From positions 14,411 to 78,410 of the forward strand of contig CAYPOM010000005.1 of the NCBI GenBank assembly GCA_964412505.1: a DNA stretch of 64,000 bases, given 5' to 3'. The first letter of the stretch is position 1. Every line of letters begins with the position of its first letter. Source of the stretch: an uncultured Alphaproteobacteria bacterium (GTDB lineage Bacteria > Pseudomonadota > Alphaproteobacteria > UBA3830 > CAYLKK01). The translations under genes were made by a program, and so were the position numbers. A model generated the notes under the pieces. It made no database searches. It was not told the DNA's origin and worked only from the letters and a program-made list of their open reading frames with translations. This document shows, in pieces, positions 47,812 through 58,136 of the stretch.

Positions 47812-48768
47812 TTAAAAACTATACGACAAGAAAAACTTATTTAGATTTTCCTTTATTTTATCTACATTTTCAAGTGTATTTATAGATTGTCTAAAATTAG
47901 ATGCATTATGTAATCCCTTACTATACCAACAAAAATGTTTCCTAAAAATCTTTATTCCCGCATCAGTTCCATAAAATAACAGATTCTCTTCAAAGTGCTC
48001 AAGAATAATATTTAAAAGTTCCTCAGCATTTGGTCTAAATGGAACTGAACCATTTCCACTCATCATTTTGATTATATTTGATAAAATCCATGGTCTACCT
48101 AAAACTTCACGTCCTAACATCAGACAATCACATTTTGACTCTGCTAAAGCTTTTCCAAAATTTTCTTCATTAATATCTCCATTGCAAATCACAGGAATAT
48201 TCGCTGCATTTTTTACATTGCAAATAGCCTGCCAATCTGCTTTTCCACTGTAACCTTGCGCCCTAGTTCTACCATGAACGACCAAAAAAGATATCCCCAC
48301 ATTTTCCAGTTTATTCGCCAATATTGTCGCATTTTTATTAGTTTCATCCCAACCTAAACGCATTTTAACTGAAACTGGGACTTCAACTGCACGCACAACA
48401 TTTTCTGCAATTCTGCATGCTAAATCTTCATCTTTCATAAGAGCCGCCCCTGCATTTCCGTTCACTATTTTTTTTGCAGGGCATCCCATATTTATGTTAA
48501 TTTGAGTTGCACCAAAATCTACACACATTTTTGCTGCTTCAGCCATAGTGTGTGGCACATCTCCAAAAATTTGAACTATTCTATCTGGACTATTATCAAA
48601 CTGAATCAACCTCTTGTACGTTTTTTCATTTTTTCGAGATATAGCTTCTGATGATACCATTTCAGAAATAACAAAAGACGCACCAAATTTTAAAACCAAC
48701 TTGCGAAAAGGTGCATCGGTTATTCCAGCCATAGGAGCAAGCCAAACAGTATTACGATAATGGTTCAT
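47812..48768 (-). CDS. dusB: tRNA-dihydrouridine synthase B
   Basis: APMAGITDAPFR, NMGCPAKK and HGRTR motifs are present. Confidence 0.9.
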   Translation of the reverse strand: MNHYRNTVWLAPMAGITDAPFRKLVLKFGASFVISEMVSSEAISRKNEKTYKRLIQFDNSPDRIVQIFGDVPHTMAEAAKMCVDFGATQININMGCPAKKIVNGNAGAALMKDEDLACRIAENVVRAVEVPVSVKMRLGWDETNKNATILANKLENVGISFLVVHGRTRAQGYSGKADWQAICNVKNAANIPVICNGDINEENFGKALAESKCDCLMLGREVLGRPWILSNIIKMMSGNGSVPFRPNAEELLNIILEHFEENLLFYGTDAGIKIFRKHFCWYSKGLHNASNFRQSINTLENVDKIKENLNKFFLSYSF

Positions 48769-48798
48769 GATTTATAACTAACAAAAACAAATAATATT

Positions 48799-49707
48799 TT
48801 ATGCAGCCCTTTTGCTAATTACAAGGTAATTACAAAAAATGATCAGCACCAAACCAGATATTATATATATATTTGGCTTTATATTCCAAAAAAATATATC
48901 AACAAATATAACAGGAATAGCAATTACATAGCATGTTACAGCGAGTTCTGATGCTTGTGTTATACTGAAGGCATAATGAATTAAATATTGAGACAAAGTC
49001 CCCAAAATTCCGACTAATAAAAAATAAAATAGCAAAGAATAGCCATCATGAATAGGAACCCAATATTTATACGAAAAGAACAAAGAAACAAAGAACAAAA
49101 CTACATTATGATATAACATTATTACATATATGTTTTCTGTCTTTGTTAAACGCCTAATAAGAACATTATTCAATGCAGAAAATATAGCTCCAAATAGAGC
49201 TAGCAAAGCACCAATGTTCAGATAAGCCTCAGCATTTAAATTTGGTTTAAGTATAAGTAACGCCCCTATTAACCCTAGCATTATAGATATTAGGATATTC
49301 CCAGTTATCTTTTCTCCTAGTATAAAATAGCTGAAAGGCAACACAAACAATGCAGTCATATAGCCAATAGCATGTACCTCTGTCATTGCAGAATATTTAT
49401 ACGCAGTAATAAAAAGCATTGTGTTAATAGAAGCAATTATTGCTCTAAAAACATGCTCTTTAACTTTTTTAGTTTCAAATGGATTATATCTATAAAACAC
49501 GCAAATAGTAGCAATCGGAATTAGCCGTGATACTGTTCGAAAAAACACAACCTGAGGAGCTGTATAATCAAGCAAAAAACCCTTGCAAATTGTATCTGTA
49601 AAAAGATTCATAAGCAAAGCGAATATCATCACTACATTGCCAATAGCAATATTTTTCACTTTTTTATGCGACAAAAAATTTTTATGTGAAAGTATCATGT
49701 ATATCAA
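48799..49707 (-). CDS. EamA/DMT superfamily transporter
   Basis: About 10 TM segments form two EamA-like halves. The substrate is unknown, and the Rickettsia S-adenosylmethionine transporter belongs to this family. Confidence 0.6.
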   Translation of the reverse strand: MIYMILSHKNFLSHKKVKNIAIGNVVMIFALLMNLFTDTICKGFLLDYTAPQVVFFRTVSRLIPIATICVFYRYNPFETKKVKEHVFRAIIASINTMLFITAYKYSAMTEVHAIGYMTALFVLPFSYFILGEKITGNILISIMLGLIGALLILKPNLNAEAYLNIGALLALFGAIFSALNNVLIRRLTKTENIYVIMLYHNVVLFFVSLFFSYKYWVPIHDGYSLLFYFLLVGILGTLSQYLIHYAFSITQASELAVTCYVIAIPVIFVDIFFWNIKPNIYIISGLVLIIFCNYLVISKRAA

Positions 49708-49716
49708 ACTAAAGAA

Positions 49717-49792
49717 TGGTGGGCACTGCAGGGTTCGAACCTGCGGCCTCCTGATTAAAAGTCAGAAGCTCTACCGACTGAGCTAAGTGCCC
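49717..49792 (-). tRNA. tRNA-Lys (anticodon UUU), CCA encoded
   Basis: The minus strand GGGCACTTAGCTCAGTCGGTAGAGCTTCTGACTTTTAATCAGGAGGCCGCAGGTTCGAACCCTGCAGTGCCCACCA folds as a 76-nt cloverleaf. It has a 7-bp acceptor stem, GCTC/GAGC D stem, anticodon loop CUUUUAA and T arm GCAGG-TTCGAAC-CCTGC. Confidence 0.95.
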
Positions 49793-49851
49793 ACTAAACT
49801 GTTTGAAGTATATTACATTACAATCGATATTGCAAACGTTTTTTTGTGCAG

Positions 49852-49990
49852 GCAGATTAAAAGTAGAAGTTGAACGGAGTGATTTATAGGAGAGTAGAGA
49901 AATATTGTATTATAAATGCTGTCTTTTAAAAGAACTACCAGACGATTGGATGATATATTAAGAAGCGCTGAAGAAGCACATAAAGCTTTA
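49852..49990 (+). mobile_element. IS30-family relic 3 (left end only)
   Basis: GCAGATTAAAAGTAGAAGTTGAACGGAGTGATTT resembles the 34-bp terminal repeat of relics 1 and 2, with a few mismatches. Downstream GATATATTAAGAAGCGCTGAAGAAGCACA parallels the start of the relic-1 transposase frame. It lies 60 nt from tRNA-Lys. Confidence 0.6.
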
Positions 49991-50112
49991 ATTATAATTT
50001 CTAAATAATAAATACAAAATTAGACTAATAATAGCCACACGGATGGTTTTAAATACAAGTCCCTCATGAATTAATAAATAAAGATTTCAGTTTATTACCT
50101 TAACCTGACTTT

Positions 50113-51303
50113 TCAAAAACTATTTGGATGTGAAATTTTAAATTCGGCAGCAAACACATTATGTTTACTGCCTAGTTTTTCTAAAGTTGTTGTATATGTT
50201 TTTACTCTCCTATATTCACACAGAAAGGTTAACAAATGGTTAACGCAACACTCAAATCCAACTTTTTTGATACTTATTTGGTTGTTTTTAGATAAATTGT
50301 TCGTTTTTTTTCGAAATACATATCCTAGATACACTACGTGATCGCCAAAATTGCAAGATATCTTGTATTTATATATTCTTCCAGAATCACCGAGCGTATC
50401 ATTCAAACTTGTAAATGATTTCTTATTATTGATGTAATTAAATTCAAATGATATATTTTTATATCCAATTCCACCACCAAATAAATATGAGTTTAATGGT
50501 CTCACATCTTTTTTTCTATGCCTTCCGACCTTTCCACCTGCAAGAAATTTATAGTTTAAACCACTTGTTGCGCCTCTTTCGTAAGAACATACACCAGAAA
50601 GGACATTCTTACTGTTTATTGTCTCTTTATAGTCGTAAAAATGCATTCTATTTGAATCAGGAGAATATGACAGCGCCAATTTCCAACCACGAATTAATGG
50701 AGAAATCCACAAAAATTTTGTAGATATATCATTCCATGGATTTAAGAAATAATTATCTAATTTACCTGTATCATTTCTAGATAAATAAGAATACCTTTGC
50801 AATCTATTAATGCCATAAAGATCATTTACCCCATCTATTATAGAAGAATAAAAAATCGCATCTCGATCATTACCGATTCTTATTTCGCCAATATAATCAA
50901 ATATATAGTATATATAGCTTCTATACAATTCTGATTTTCTAAAGTTTTTTTCAACAGATTTGTCTAGCTTGAATTCACATAAAATGCCGCCTGTATGATC
51001 TCCTCTATTATAAACACGATAATCAGCTATTACATCTGCTAAAAATTCACAATACAAGTTTTCCGCTCTTTGAGTATCTAACGATACTAAACCAGAGTAA
51101 ATATCTGCTGATATTTCCAATTTACTATTCAAGCAATTTTTTATACTTTTAATATCATCAATAATAGGCTCATCACTATCTATAACTTGATTCATGTATT
51201 TTTGAATATAAGAAATATTCGAAGCGAAAGAAAAATTGACTGTCATATATGATATTAAAAATAGAAATGGTAATTTACACATTTTTTTAGATATAAAACA
51301 CAC
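50113..51303 (-). CDS. Putative outer-membrane beta-barrel protein
   Basis: It has a signal peptide (..LFLISYMTVNFSFASN), alternating hydrophobic/aromatic strands in the C-terminal half, and a terminal aromatic residue (..HPNSF). No family was recognised. Confidence 0.45.
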   Translation of the reverse strand: MCFISKKMCKLPFLFLISYMTVNFSFASNISYIQKYMNQVIDSDEPIIDDIKSIKNCLNSKLEISADIYSGLVSLDTQRAENLYCEFLADVIADYRVYNRGDHTGGILCEFKLDKSVEKNFRKSELYRSYIYYIFDYIGEIRIGNDRDAIFYSSIIDGVNDLYGINRLQRYSYLSRNDTGKLDNYFLNPWNDISTKFLWISPLIRGWKLALSYSPDSNRMHFYDYKETINSKNVLSGVCSYERGATSGLNYKFLAGGKVGRHRKKDVRPLNSYLFGGGIGYKNISFEFNYINNKKSFTSLNDTLGDSGRIYKYKISCNFGDHVVYLGYVFRKKTNNLSKNNQISIKKVGFECCVNHLLTFLCEYRRVKTYTTTLEKLGSKHNVFAAEFKISHPNSF

Positions 51304-51322
51304 AAAGCGATTTTAACACATT

Positions 51323-53185
51323 TCAATCAGTTTTCTTTCTAACATCAACTTTTTCAATCATTATTTCTTTCGATTTTTCGTCTGGCCAAGCCTCTATTTC
51401 AAAAATCACTTCACCGTTTTCATTCATATCACAATTTTTAATATCAACTACCAATTCGACTTTATCTACTTTTGAAAAATGATCGAAAACTTTGTTTGAG
51501 TGGACATTCACAGAAACTCTACTATTCTTACAATTTAAAAAGTTGAATTTAACAGAGTAATTTGATTCTTTGCATAACTTTAATTTTATAAAACAAATGT
51601 TTTTTTTCAATATTCCATTTGAAATATTCACATGAGCTAAAGACTTTGGCTCATCATTAAATGACGAAATATCCCACGAAAAATCAGACCGAGCCATTTC
51701 AATATGTTTGTATCCATAAATACCTATTAATGCATGGTACATTAATGAAAATCCTTTTGCTAACAACTTTCGACAAACAGTTTTTATCGTTTCTCTGTCA
51801 TTCGGATAAAATAATGCTATGTCATTTACTGTCATCGCATCTATACAATCGATAGAATCATTTACATAATCACACTTCCTACTATCTCCAATGAACCGCA
51901 ATAAGCACCCATATTCAGTTGATAGCAAACTCTTTATAGCATGTTTGTTTTTATCTAATTTATCAATATCCGACAAATAACAATATAATCGCCCTCCGTT
52001 TTCAACAATTGATTTATATAATTGCGGGAACATAGCAGACATCAACTTTTTACTGATTGCCACAGACTCGATATTAATGTGAGCACTAGCGATAAAAATT
52101 ATATTTGGAGTGAAGAATACAACAAAAGCTAACATTTTATAAAATTGAGATTTCGTTTTTATTATGTCTACAAAAGCTAGTAATATGTTAGGCAACATAC
52201 ACAACATTGGAACTGAGAAATAATAATCAAATTTCAACCCAAGAACCAACAATGCAAGAATGTATACGCCACCTGAAAGCATGTAACTATCAGTTATTGT
52301 GTAGTCATATGATTTCGACTTAAATAAAGAGAACACTCTATATATTACAAAAAAGCCAATAGCTAAATAAATCGCATTATTATTTAAAAACTCACAAAGA
52401 ACAAAATTAAAGTCACTGTTAATATAATCCCTCATGTATGGATTCACATGATTCGCAGTTATGATAAAATATAAAATAAGGTAAACTGCACAGTTTCCTA
52501 AAAGGCAATAGTTAAACAAAATATCCTTTCTTGAAAACTGACATATTACCGGCATCTTATTCTTTAAAATATCGTATTTACAACATAAATTAAATCCAGC
52601 GATTACTGCGAATATAACAAACATAGTTTCTTTGCAATATGTACAATATACAGCAGAAATAAAAGCAACTATATATGCTGCAGTTGATTGTTTCTTATAT
52701 CCAACATGTTGAGCTAACATAAATACAGAAAGAGCAAATATTATAAATCTTTCTGGATAAATTAGATGAAAATGCAAATCAACAAATATTGAAGAAAAAA
52801 GCAAACAAACGCACCCAACTGTAGCGTATAAAAAGTCTTGATCTTTTCCATACTTTTCTTGAACAATTTTTTTAAAATATATGTAAATAACATTTATGAA
52901 TGAAACCATTATTAAAACGTTCCATACATACATACATAGAACAGTCCTAAATCTAGGAACAAAATGCAATATATTGTAATCAAATAATCCTAAAGGCCAG
53001 AATCTATAACGAGCACACCAACCATAAACGATATCGCCTTTATCTAAAAACTTTAGAAACTGATAATCGTCACCAAATTCCAATGCTGCATTTTTACAAA
53101 TAAAATATGCATAGACAGCCAAAACTAATGATATAAAAAATATACAACAAAGCTCAGAACGTCTAATTTTACTTACATGTACCAA
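51323..53185 (-). CDS. Polytopic membrane protein, possibly a GT-C fold (ArnT/PMT-like) glycosyltransferase
   Basis: Roughly 12 hydrophobic segments are followed by a ~200-aa soluble C-terminal domain. An acidic FGDDYQF motif sits in the first predicted external loop, as in GT-C enzymes. It is adjacent to glmS-glmU. The functional call is weak. Confidence 0.3.
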   Translation of the reverse strand: MVHVSKIRRSELCCIFFISLVLAVYAYFICKNAALEFGDDYQFLKFLDKGDIVYGWCARYRFWPLGLFDYNILHFVPRFRTVLCMYVWNVLIMVSFINVIYIYFKKIVQEKYGKDQDFLYATVGCVCLLFSSIFVDLHFHLIYPERFIIFALSVFMLAQHVGYKKQSTAAYIVAFISAVYCTYCKETMFVIFAVIAGFNLCCKYDILKNKMPVICQFSRKDILFNYCLLGNCAVYLILYFIITANHVNPYMRDYINSDFNFVLCEFLNNNAIYLAIGFFVIYRVFSLFKSKSYDYTITDSYMLSGGVYILALLVLGLKFDYYFSVPMLCMLPNILLAFVDIIKTKSQFYKMLAFVVFFTPNIIFIASAHINIESVAISKKLMSAMFPQLYKSIVENGGRLYCYLSDIDKLDKNKHAIKSLLSTEYGCLLRFIGDSRKCDYVNDSIDCIDAMTVNDIALFYPNDRETIKTVCRKLLAKGFSLMYHALIGIYGYKHIEMARSDFSWDISSFNDEPKSLAHVNISNGILKKNICFIKLKLCKESNYSVKFNFLNCKNSRVSVNVHSNKVFDHFSKVDKVELVVDIKNCDMNENGEVIFEIEAWPDEKSKEIMIEKVDVRKKTD

Positions 53186-53187
53186 AG

Positions 53188-54945
53188 TTATTCCACAGTT
53201 ACAGACTTCGCTAAATTTCTAGGTTTATCAATATCACGACCTAGCTTATTTGCGACATAATATGCTAAAAACTGTAAAGGAATTGTAAATGTAAATGGAG
53301 CAAATGCTTCTCCTATATCATCAACCACTATTTTTCTTACCTCGCTTGGAAGTCTTTGTGATGCAGTTTTATCTGTAATTACTGCTACATTTTTCCCTCG
53401 CGCTAATATCTCTAGTAGATTAGATCTCGCCTTTTGAAACAATTCACCAGAACTAATTAAAGCTACAATCGCTACAGAATCATCAATCAACGCTATTGGA
53501 CCATGCTTTAATTCGCCGAAAGGAATAGCTTCAGCATGAATATACGAAAGCTCTTTTAATTTTAGTGCTCCCTCAATCGCTATAGGATACAATACATCCC
53601 TACCTACAAAAATTACACTTTTGAATCCTTTCAACCACTCGGCTAATTTTTCTACCTCACACTCACACTCTAACAATTTTAATATAGTTTGAGATAACGT
53701 AGATAATTGTTCTTTTAACTTTTCATCACGACCAAACGCTAATTTCGCTAGCACTGTTAATTGAGCCAAAAAAGCTTTAGTAGATGCTACTCCAACCTCT
53801 ATACCCGCCTCTGTATAAAAGCTATGATCACTTAAACGATCTATAGAACTATTTTTTACGTTCACAATTGACGAAATATCGCAATTATAGCGTTTCATCA
53901 ACTTCATAGCAGACAGAACATCTGAAGTCTCTCCAGATTGAGAAATAACTGTAAAAGCCTCATTTTTTGTTATAAAAGGATTCCTATATGCGTACTCAGA
54001 TGCTACTTCAACATTAACCTTAATTTTCTTATATTTTTCAAACCAATACTTTCCTACTAATCCTGCATTAAAAGAAGAACCGCACGCTATAATGTTCAAA
54101 ACCACATTATTTACATTAATATCAATATCAGAATTTTCTTCTAATGTTTTTGCAATTACAGCAGGCTGTTCATTTATTTCTTTCATCATGAAAGTATCAA
54201 ATACGCCCTTGCCTACATCTTCTGGCTTTATAGACAATTTTTCAAATTTTGGACTTATTTCTGACAAAGAATTATTATAGAATTTCACAGAAGTTCCATC
54301 AATTACAGATATTTCTCCATCATTAAAAAAATACACTTCATCACATAAGCCCAACAAACCAATCTGATCAGAACAAAAAGCGATATTTTCATTGCTAATT
54401 CCAATGATAAGAGGGCTGTGTTTTTTCGCCGTAATAATTAAGTTATTATATTCAGAAAACATGAATGCAAAAGCATACGAACCAGTCATTTCTTTTAACG
54501 CATTTTGCACAGCATTTATTGGATTGTTATCTTCAGAAAAGTATTTGTTAACTAAGGCAGCAGCAACTTCTGTATCAGTATCTGATTCGAATTTAACTCC
54601 GTCATTCTTTAACTTTTCTTTTAACTCTAAGAAGTTTTCAATTACACCATTATGAACAACAGCTACATTTCCAGACACTATTGGGTGTGCATTTCTTTCT
54701 TCCGGCTTACCGTGAGTAGCCCATCTCGTATGTCCAATGAATGAAGTACTCTCATCAAAATTGTACTCTTTCAATTTTTCACACAAGTTTTCAATTTTTC
54801 CTACAGATCTAACTCGATTAAATTCGTTGTTTGATACAGTAGCAATTCCAGCAGAATCATACCCTCTGTAAGACAATGCCATCAAACCTGCAATTGATTT
54901 ATTTAAAGCATGAACTTTCGACGATACTCCGACTATTCCACACAT
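53188..54945 (-). CDS. glmS: Glutamine--fructose-6-phosphate aminotransferase
   Basis: The MCGIVG N-terminal nucleophile, two SIS domains and the C-terminal KSVTVE are present. Confidence 0.95.
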   Translation of the reverse strand: MCGIVGVSSKVHALNKSIAGLMALSYRGYDSAGIATVSNNEFNRVRSVGKIENLCEKLKEYNFDESTSFIGHTRWATHGKPEERNAHPIVSGNVAVVHNGVIENFLELKEKLKNDGVKFESDTDTEVAAALVNKYFSEDNNPINAVQNALKEMTGSYAFAFMFSEYNNLIITAKKHSPLIIGISNENIAFCSDQIGLLGLCDEVYFFNDGEISVIDGTSVKFYNNSLSEISPKFEKLSIKPEDVGKGVFDTFMMKEINEQPAVIAKTLEENSDIDINVNNVVLNIIACGSSFNAGLVGKYWFEKYKKIKVNVEVASEYAYRNPFITKNEAFTVISQSGETSDVLSAMKLMKRYNCDISSIVNVKNSSIDRLSDHSFYTEAGIEVGVASTKAFLAQLTVLAKLAFGRDEKLKEQLSTLSQTILKLLECECEVEKLAEWLKGFKSVIFVGRDVLYPIAIEGALKLKELSYIHAEAIPFGELKHGPIALIDDSVAIVALISSGELFQKARSNLLEILARGKNVAVITDKTASQRLPSEVRKIVVDDIGEAFAPFTFTIPLQFLAYYVANKLGRDIDKPRNLAKSVTVE

Positions 54946-56264
54946 TATTTCTTCCTCTTCTCTCTATATTCTTTAGCTTTGTTTAGTAGATTCTTTTGAT
55001 CAGATCTAGTAATACCTATTGCATCATTTTCTACATTTTCTGTTATTACACTTCCAGCAGCGATAATTGCGTTTTCTCCGACAGAAACAGGAGCGATTAA
55101 ACATGAGTTTGATCCAATAAATGCACCATGTTTTATATATGTTTTACTCTTACTGAAACCATCATAATTACATGTTATAGTTCCCGCACCAATATTTACA
55201 GATTCTCCGATATTCGCATCACCTATATAACTAAGGTGATTTATTTTAGCTCCACTACAAACATTAGAGTTTTTCACTTCAACAAAATTCCCGATTTTTG
55301 CGTTTTTAGAAATTTCTGTTCCATTTCTTATCCTTGCAAATGGACCTACAGAAGCACTATCTATCGTACAACCTTCTAAATGAGAAAATCCTAGTATTTC
55401 TGAACCTTCTTTTATTGTTACTCCTTCTTTAAAAACAACATAAGGATGGACAATCACATCTTTTTCAATTTTTGTATCATATGAGAAAAAAACAGTAGCT
55501 GGGGCAATTAATTTTACACCATTTTGCATAAAATCATTGCGCATTTTATTTTGATATGTTTCTTCTACTCGAGCTAAATCTAGCATAGTATTTATGCCAT
55601 ACATTTCTTCTTTATCGCATTTAATGTATGTAGTTGTGAAGTTTTGTGTATATGCTATATTTATAATATCAGTAAGGAAAAACTCATTTTTATTTTTATG
55701 TTCTTTCAATTGAGGCAATAATTTTTTTGCTAAATCGGTTTTAATTAAAATACCTACATTGCATAAGTTCAAATACTTTTTGCATTGCTCTAACTCAGAT
55801 GCTTCAACTATTCGTATAACATTTTCTTGTTTATCCAATTCTAAGCGACCAAAACTAGATTCTTCATCCACTTCTATTGTTAACACGGCGCAGTCAGATC
55901 TTTGTTCAATAAACTTTGCAAATACACCATCTATAGTAATACTAGTGATTAATGGAGTGTCGCCATAAAGCACCAATATATTTTCAGAATTAACAATGTC
56001 TACAGCACAACTAACAGCATCCCCTGTTCCAAGCGGTATATTTTGGATTGCCACATCAATATTTTTCAAATCTGACGGTAAAGATGATAAATCTAAATTA
56101 GGAGAAAGCACTGTAATTATTTGCTTCGCCTTAGATTTCTTAGACGCATCTATAATATGACCAATAATTGGTAGGCCAGCTACATGATGCATTACTTTAG
56201 GAGTCGAGGAATGCATTCTACTCCCCTTCCCTGCAGCCAAAATTACAACACTTAAATTTTGCAT
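54945..56264 (-). CDS. glmU: Bifunctional UDP-N-acetylglucosamine pyrophosphorylase / GlcN-1-P acetyltransferase
   Basis: The N-terminal VILAAGKGSRM is present, with C-terminal left-handed beta-helix hexapeptide repeats. Confidence 0.9.
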   Translation of the reverse strand: MQNLSVVILAAGKGSRMHSSTPKVMHHVAGLPIIGHIIDASKKSKAKQIITVLSPNLDLSSLPSDLKNIDVAIQNIPLGTGDAVSCAVDIVNSENILVLYGDTPLITSITIDGVFAKFIEQRSDCAVLTIEVDEESSFGRLELDKQENVIRIVEASELEQCKKYLNLCNVGILIKTDLAKKLLPQLKEHKNKNEFFLTDIINIAYTQNFTTTYIKCDKEEMYGINTMLDLARVEETYQNKMRNDFMQNGVKLIAPATVFFSYDTKIEKDVIVHPYVVFKEGVTIKEGSEILGFSHLEGCTIDSASVGPFARIRNGTEISKNAKIGNFVEVKNSNVCSGAKINHLSYIGDANIGESVNIGAGTITCNYDGFSKSKTYIKHGAFIGSNSCLIAPVSVGENAIIAAGSVITENVENDAIGITRSDQKNLLNKAKEYREKRKK

Positions 56265-56266
56265 TT

Positions 56267-57313
56267 CTATCTTATGAATTGATCGAAATAAAACTCTTCA
56301 GCAAAGCAAGAGTCATATTCAAAATATTGTCTCAGGTCTGGAATTCCATACTTCAAAGACGTAATTCTTTCAAGCCCCATACCGAAAGCAAAACCTTGAT
56401 ACTTTGTACTGTCTATTCCACAATTTTGTAGAACATTAGGATGAACCATTCCACATCCACCCATTTCTAGCCAATTATTTCCAACACCGAATTTTATCTT
56501 ACCTTTTTCCTTAGTATAAGCCATATCTATTTCTGCAGAAGGCTCAGTAAACGGAAAAAAACTTGGTCTAAGCCTAATATTTAATTCTTCTACTTCAAAA
56601 AACTTTTTAAAAAACTCGATTACAGTCCATTTTAAATGTGAAAAATTAATATTTTCATCAACGACTAATCCTTCTATTTGATGGAACATAGGTGTATGCG
56701 TCGCATCTGAATCACTTCTATATGTCCTTCCTATAGAAAATACTTTGATAGGCGCACCGTTATCCTTTAATGCCCTTATTTGCACTGGTGAAGTATGAGT
56801 TCTTAGCAATAATTTATCATCAGAAATTGCATTTACATAAAAAGTATCATGCATCGTTCTTGCCGGATGATGCTCTGGAATGTTTAGCGCAGTAAAATTA
56901 AAATAATCAGTTTCTATATCAGGTCCGTCAGCAAACGAAAAACCAAACCCAGATAGTATCTCATAAACCTCTTCTTTTGCTTTTGTTAAAGGATGTAATT
57001 TCCCTATATATTTTCCACGGCTCGGCATAGTAACGTCAACAAACTCATCATTAAGTTTTTGCGCCATTTCTAAACAAAAAAGCTCCTTTTCTTTTCTTTG
57101 TATAGCTGAAACTATTTCTTCTTTTGCCTTATTAACCTTCAATCCGATTTCTTTCTTATCTGATTCATCAAAATCTCTCAACCTTTTAAAAACCTCAGAT
57201 AACCTACCATTCTTACCAATCGATGCATTCCGCAATTCCTGCAAATGCTTCATATCCTTACATTTTTCTATCTCAGTCAATGTAAAGATCAGAGTTCTAT
57301 CAATTAATTTCAT
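56267..57313 (-). CDS. pheS: Phenylalanyl-tRNA synthetase alpha subunit
   Basis: Class II motifs are present (HPARTMHDTFY, FRPSFFPFTEPSAE, GFAFGMGLERI). Confidence 0.95.
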   Translation of the reverse strand: MKLIDRTLIFTLTEIEKCKDMKHLQELRNASIGKNGRLSEVFKRLRDFDESDKKEIGLKVNKAKEEIVSAIQRKEKELFCLEMAQKLNDEFVDVTMPSRGKYIGKLHPLTKAKEEVYEILSGFGFSFADGPDIETDYFNFTALNIPEHHPARTMHDTFYVNAISDDKLLLRTHTSPVQIRALKDNGAPIKVFSIGRTYRSDSDATHTPMFHQIEGLVVDENINFSHLKWTVIEFFKKFFEVEELNIRLRPSFFPFTEPSAEIDMAYTKEKGKIKFGVGNNWLEMGGCGMVHPNVLQNCGIDSTKYQGFAFGMGLERITSLKYGIPDLRQYFEYDSCFAEEFYFDQFIR

Positions 57314-57420
57314 ACTAATTTTCCGAATTTAAAAGGCAGATTAATTGTACATAATATTTATTTACTGAGCAATAGCTCTTAATATTAAAAACTAAACGCA
57401 CAGTAATTTTATGAACTGAC

Positions 57421-58134
57421 TCAATCGTCCGTTGTAAGATACATTCTCATGTAATCTGCGAATAAATCGGGCCTACGCTGTTTTGTAATTTCCAAAGATT
57501 GCTCTCGTTTAAAATTTTCAATTGCGACATGGTTTCCAGATAGCAACACATTTGGCACATTTAGATTTTTAAATTCCAATGGTTTTGTATATAAATCATG
57601 CTCCAATAAATACTTCTCAAAAGATTCATTTTCAACAGATTCTTCTTTCTGAACTATTCCTGGAATTAACCTGACACTTCCTTCAATCACAGTTAAAGCT
57701 GCGACATCCCCACCCATAAGAATAAAATCGCCTAAACTCCATTCCTCGAAACCGAAAGATTCTATAATCCTTTGATCAACACCTTCATATCTAGCGCACA
57801 GGAAAATTAGGCCTTGATGATTTTCTATATTATCTTTAAATGTACTTTGAGTGATTCTTTTCCCACGCGGAGAAAAGTAAACCTTTTTAAACCCTCTGTA
57901 TTCCTCCTTCAACGACAAAAACGCTTTTTCAAATACATCAGGGCGAAGAGCCATTCCAGCACCACCGCCGCAAAGAGGAGCATCTATCCTTCCATGTTTA
58001 TCACCAAATTTTTTTAAATCTATCACCTCAAGATTCCACACATTGTTATCTAAACCTGTTTTTAATTTAGATACACCCAATGGACCAGGATAAATATCTG
58101 GAAACAACGTAAACACACATGCCGTCCAAGCCAT
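57421..58134 (-). CDS. trmD: tRNA (guanine37-N1)-methyltransferase
   Basis: TLFPDIYPGPLG, CARYEGVDQR and SLGDFILMGG motifs are present. Confidence 0.9.
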   Translation of the reverse strand: MAWTACVFTLFPDIYPGPLGVSKLKTGLDNNVWNLEVIDLKKFGDKHGRIDAPLCGGGAGMALRPDVFEKAFLSLKEEYRGFKKVYFSPRGKRITQSTFKDNIENHQGLIFLCARYEGVDQRIIESFGFEEWSLGDFILMGGDVAALTVIEGSVRLIPGIVQKEESVENESFEKYLLEHDLYTKPLEFKNLNVPNVLLSGNHVAIENFKREQSLEITKQRRPDLFADYMRMYLTTDD

Positions 58135-58136
58135 AT

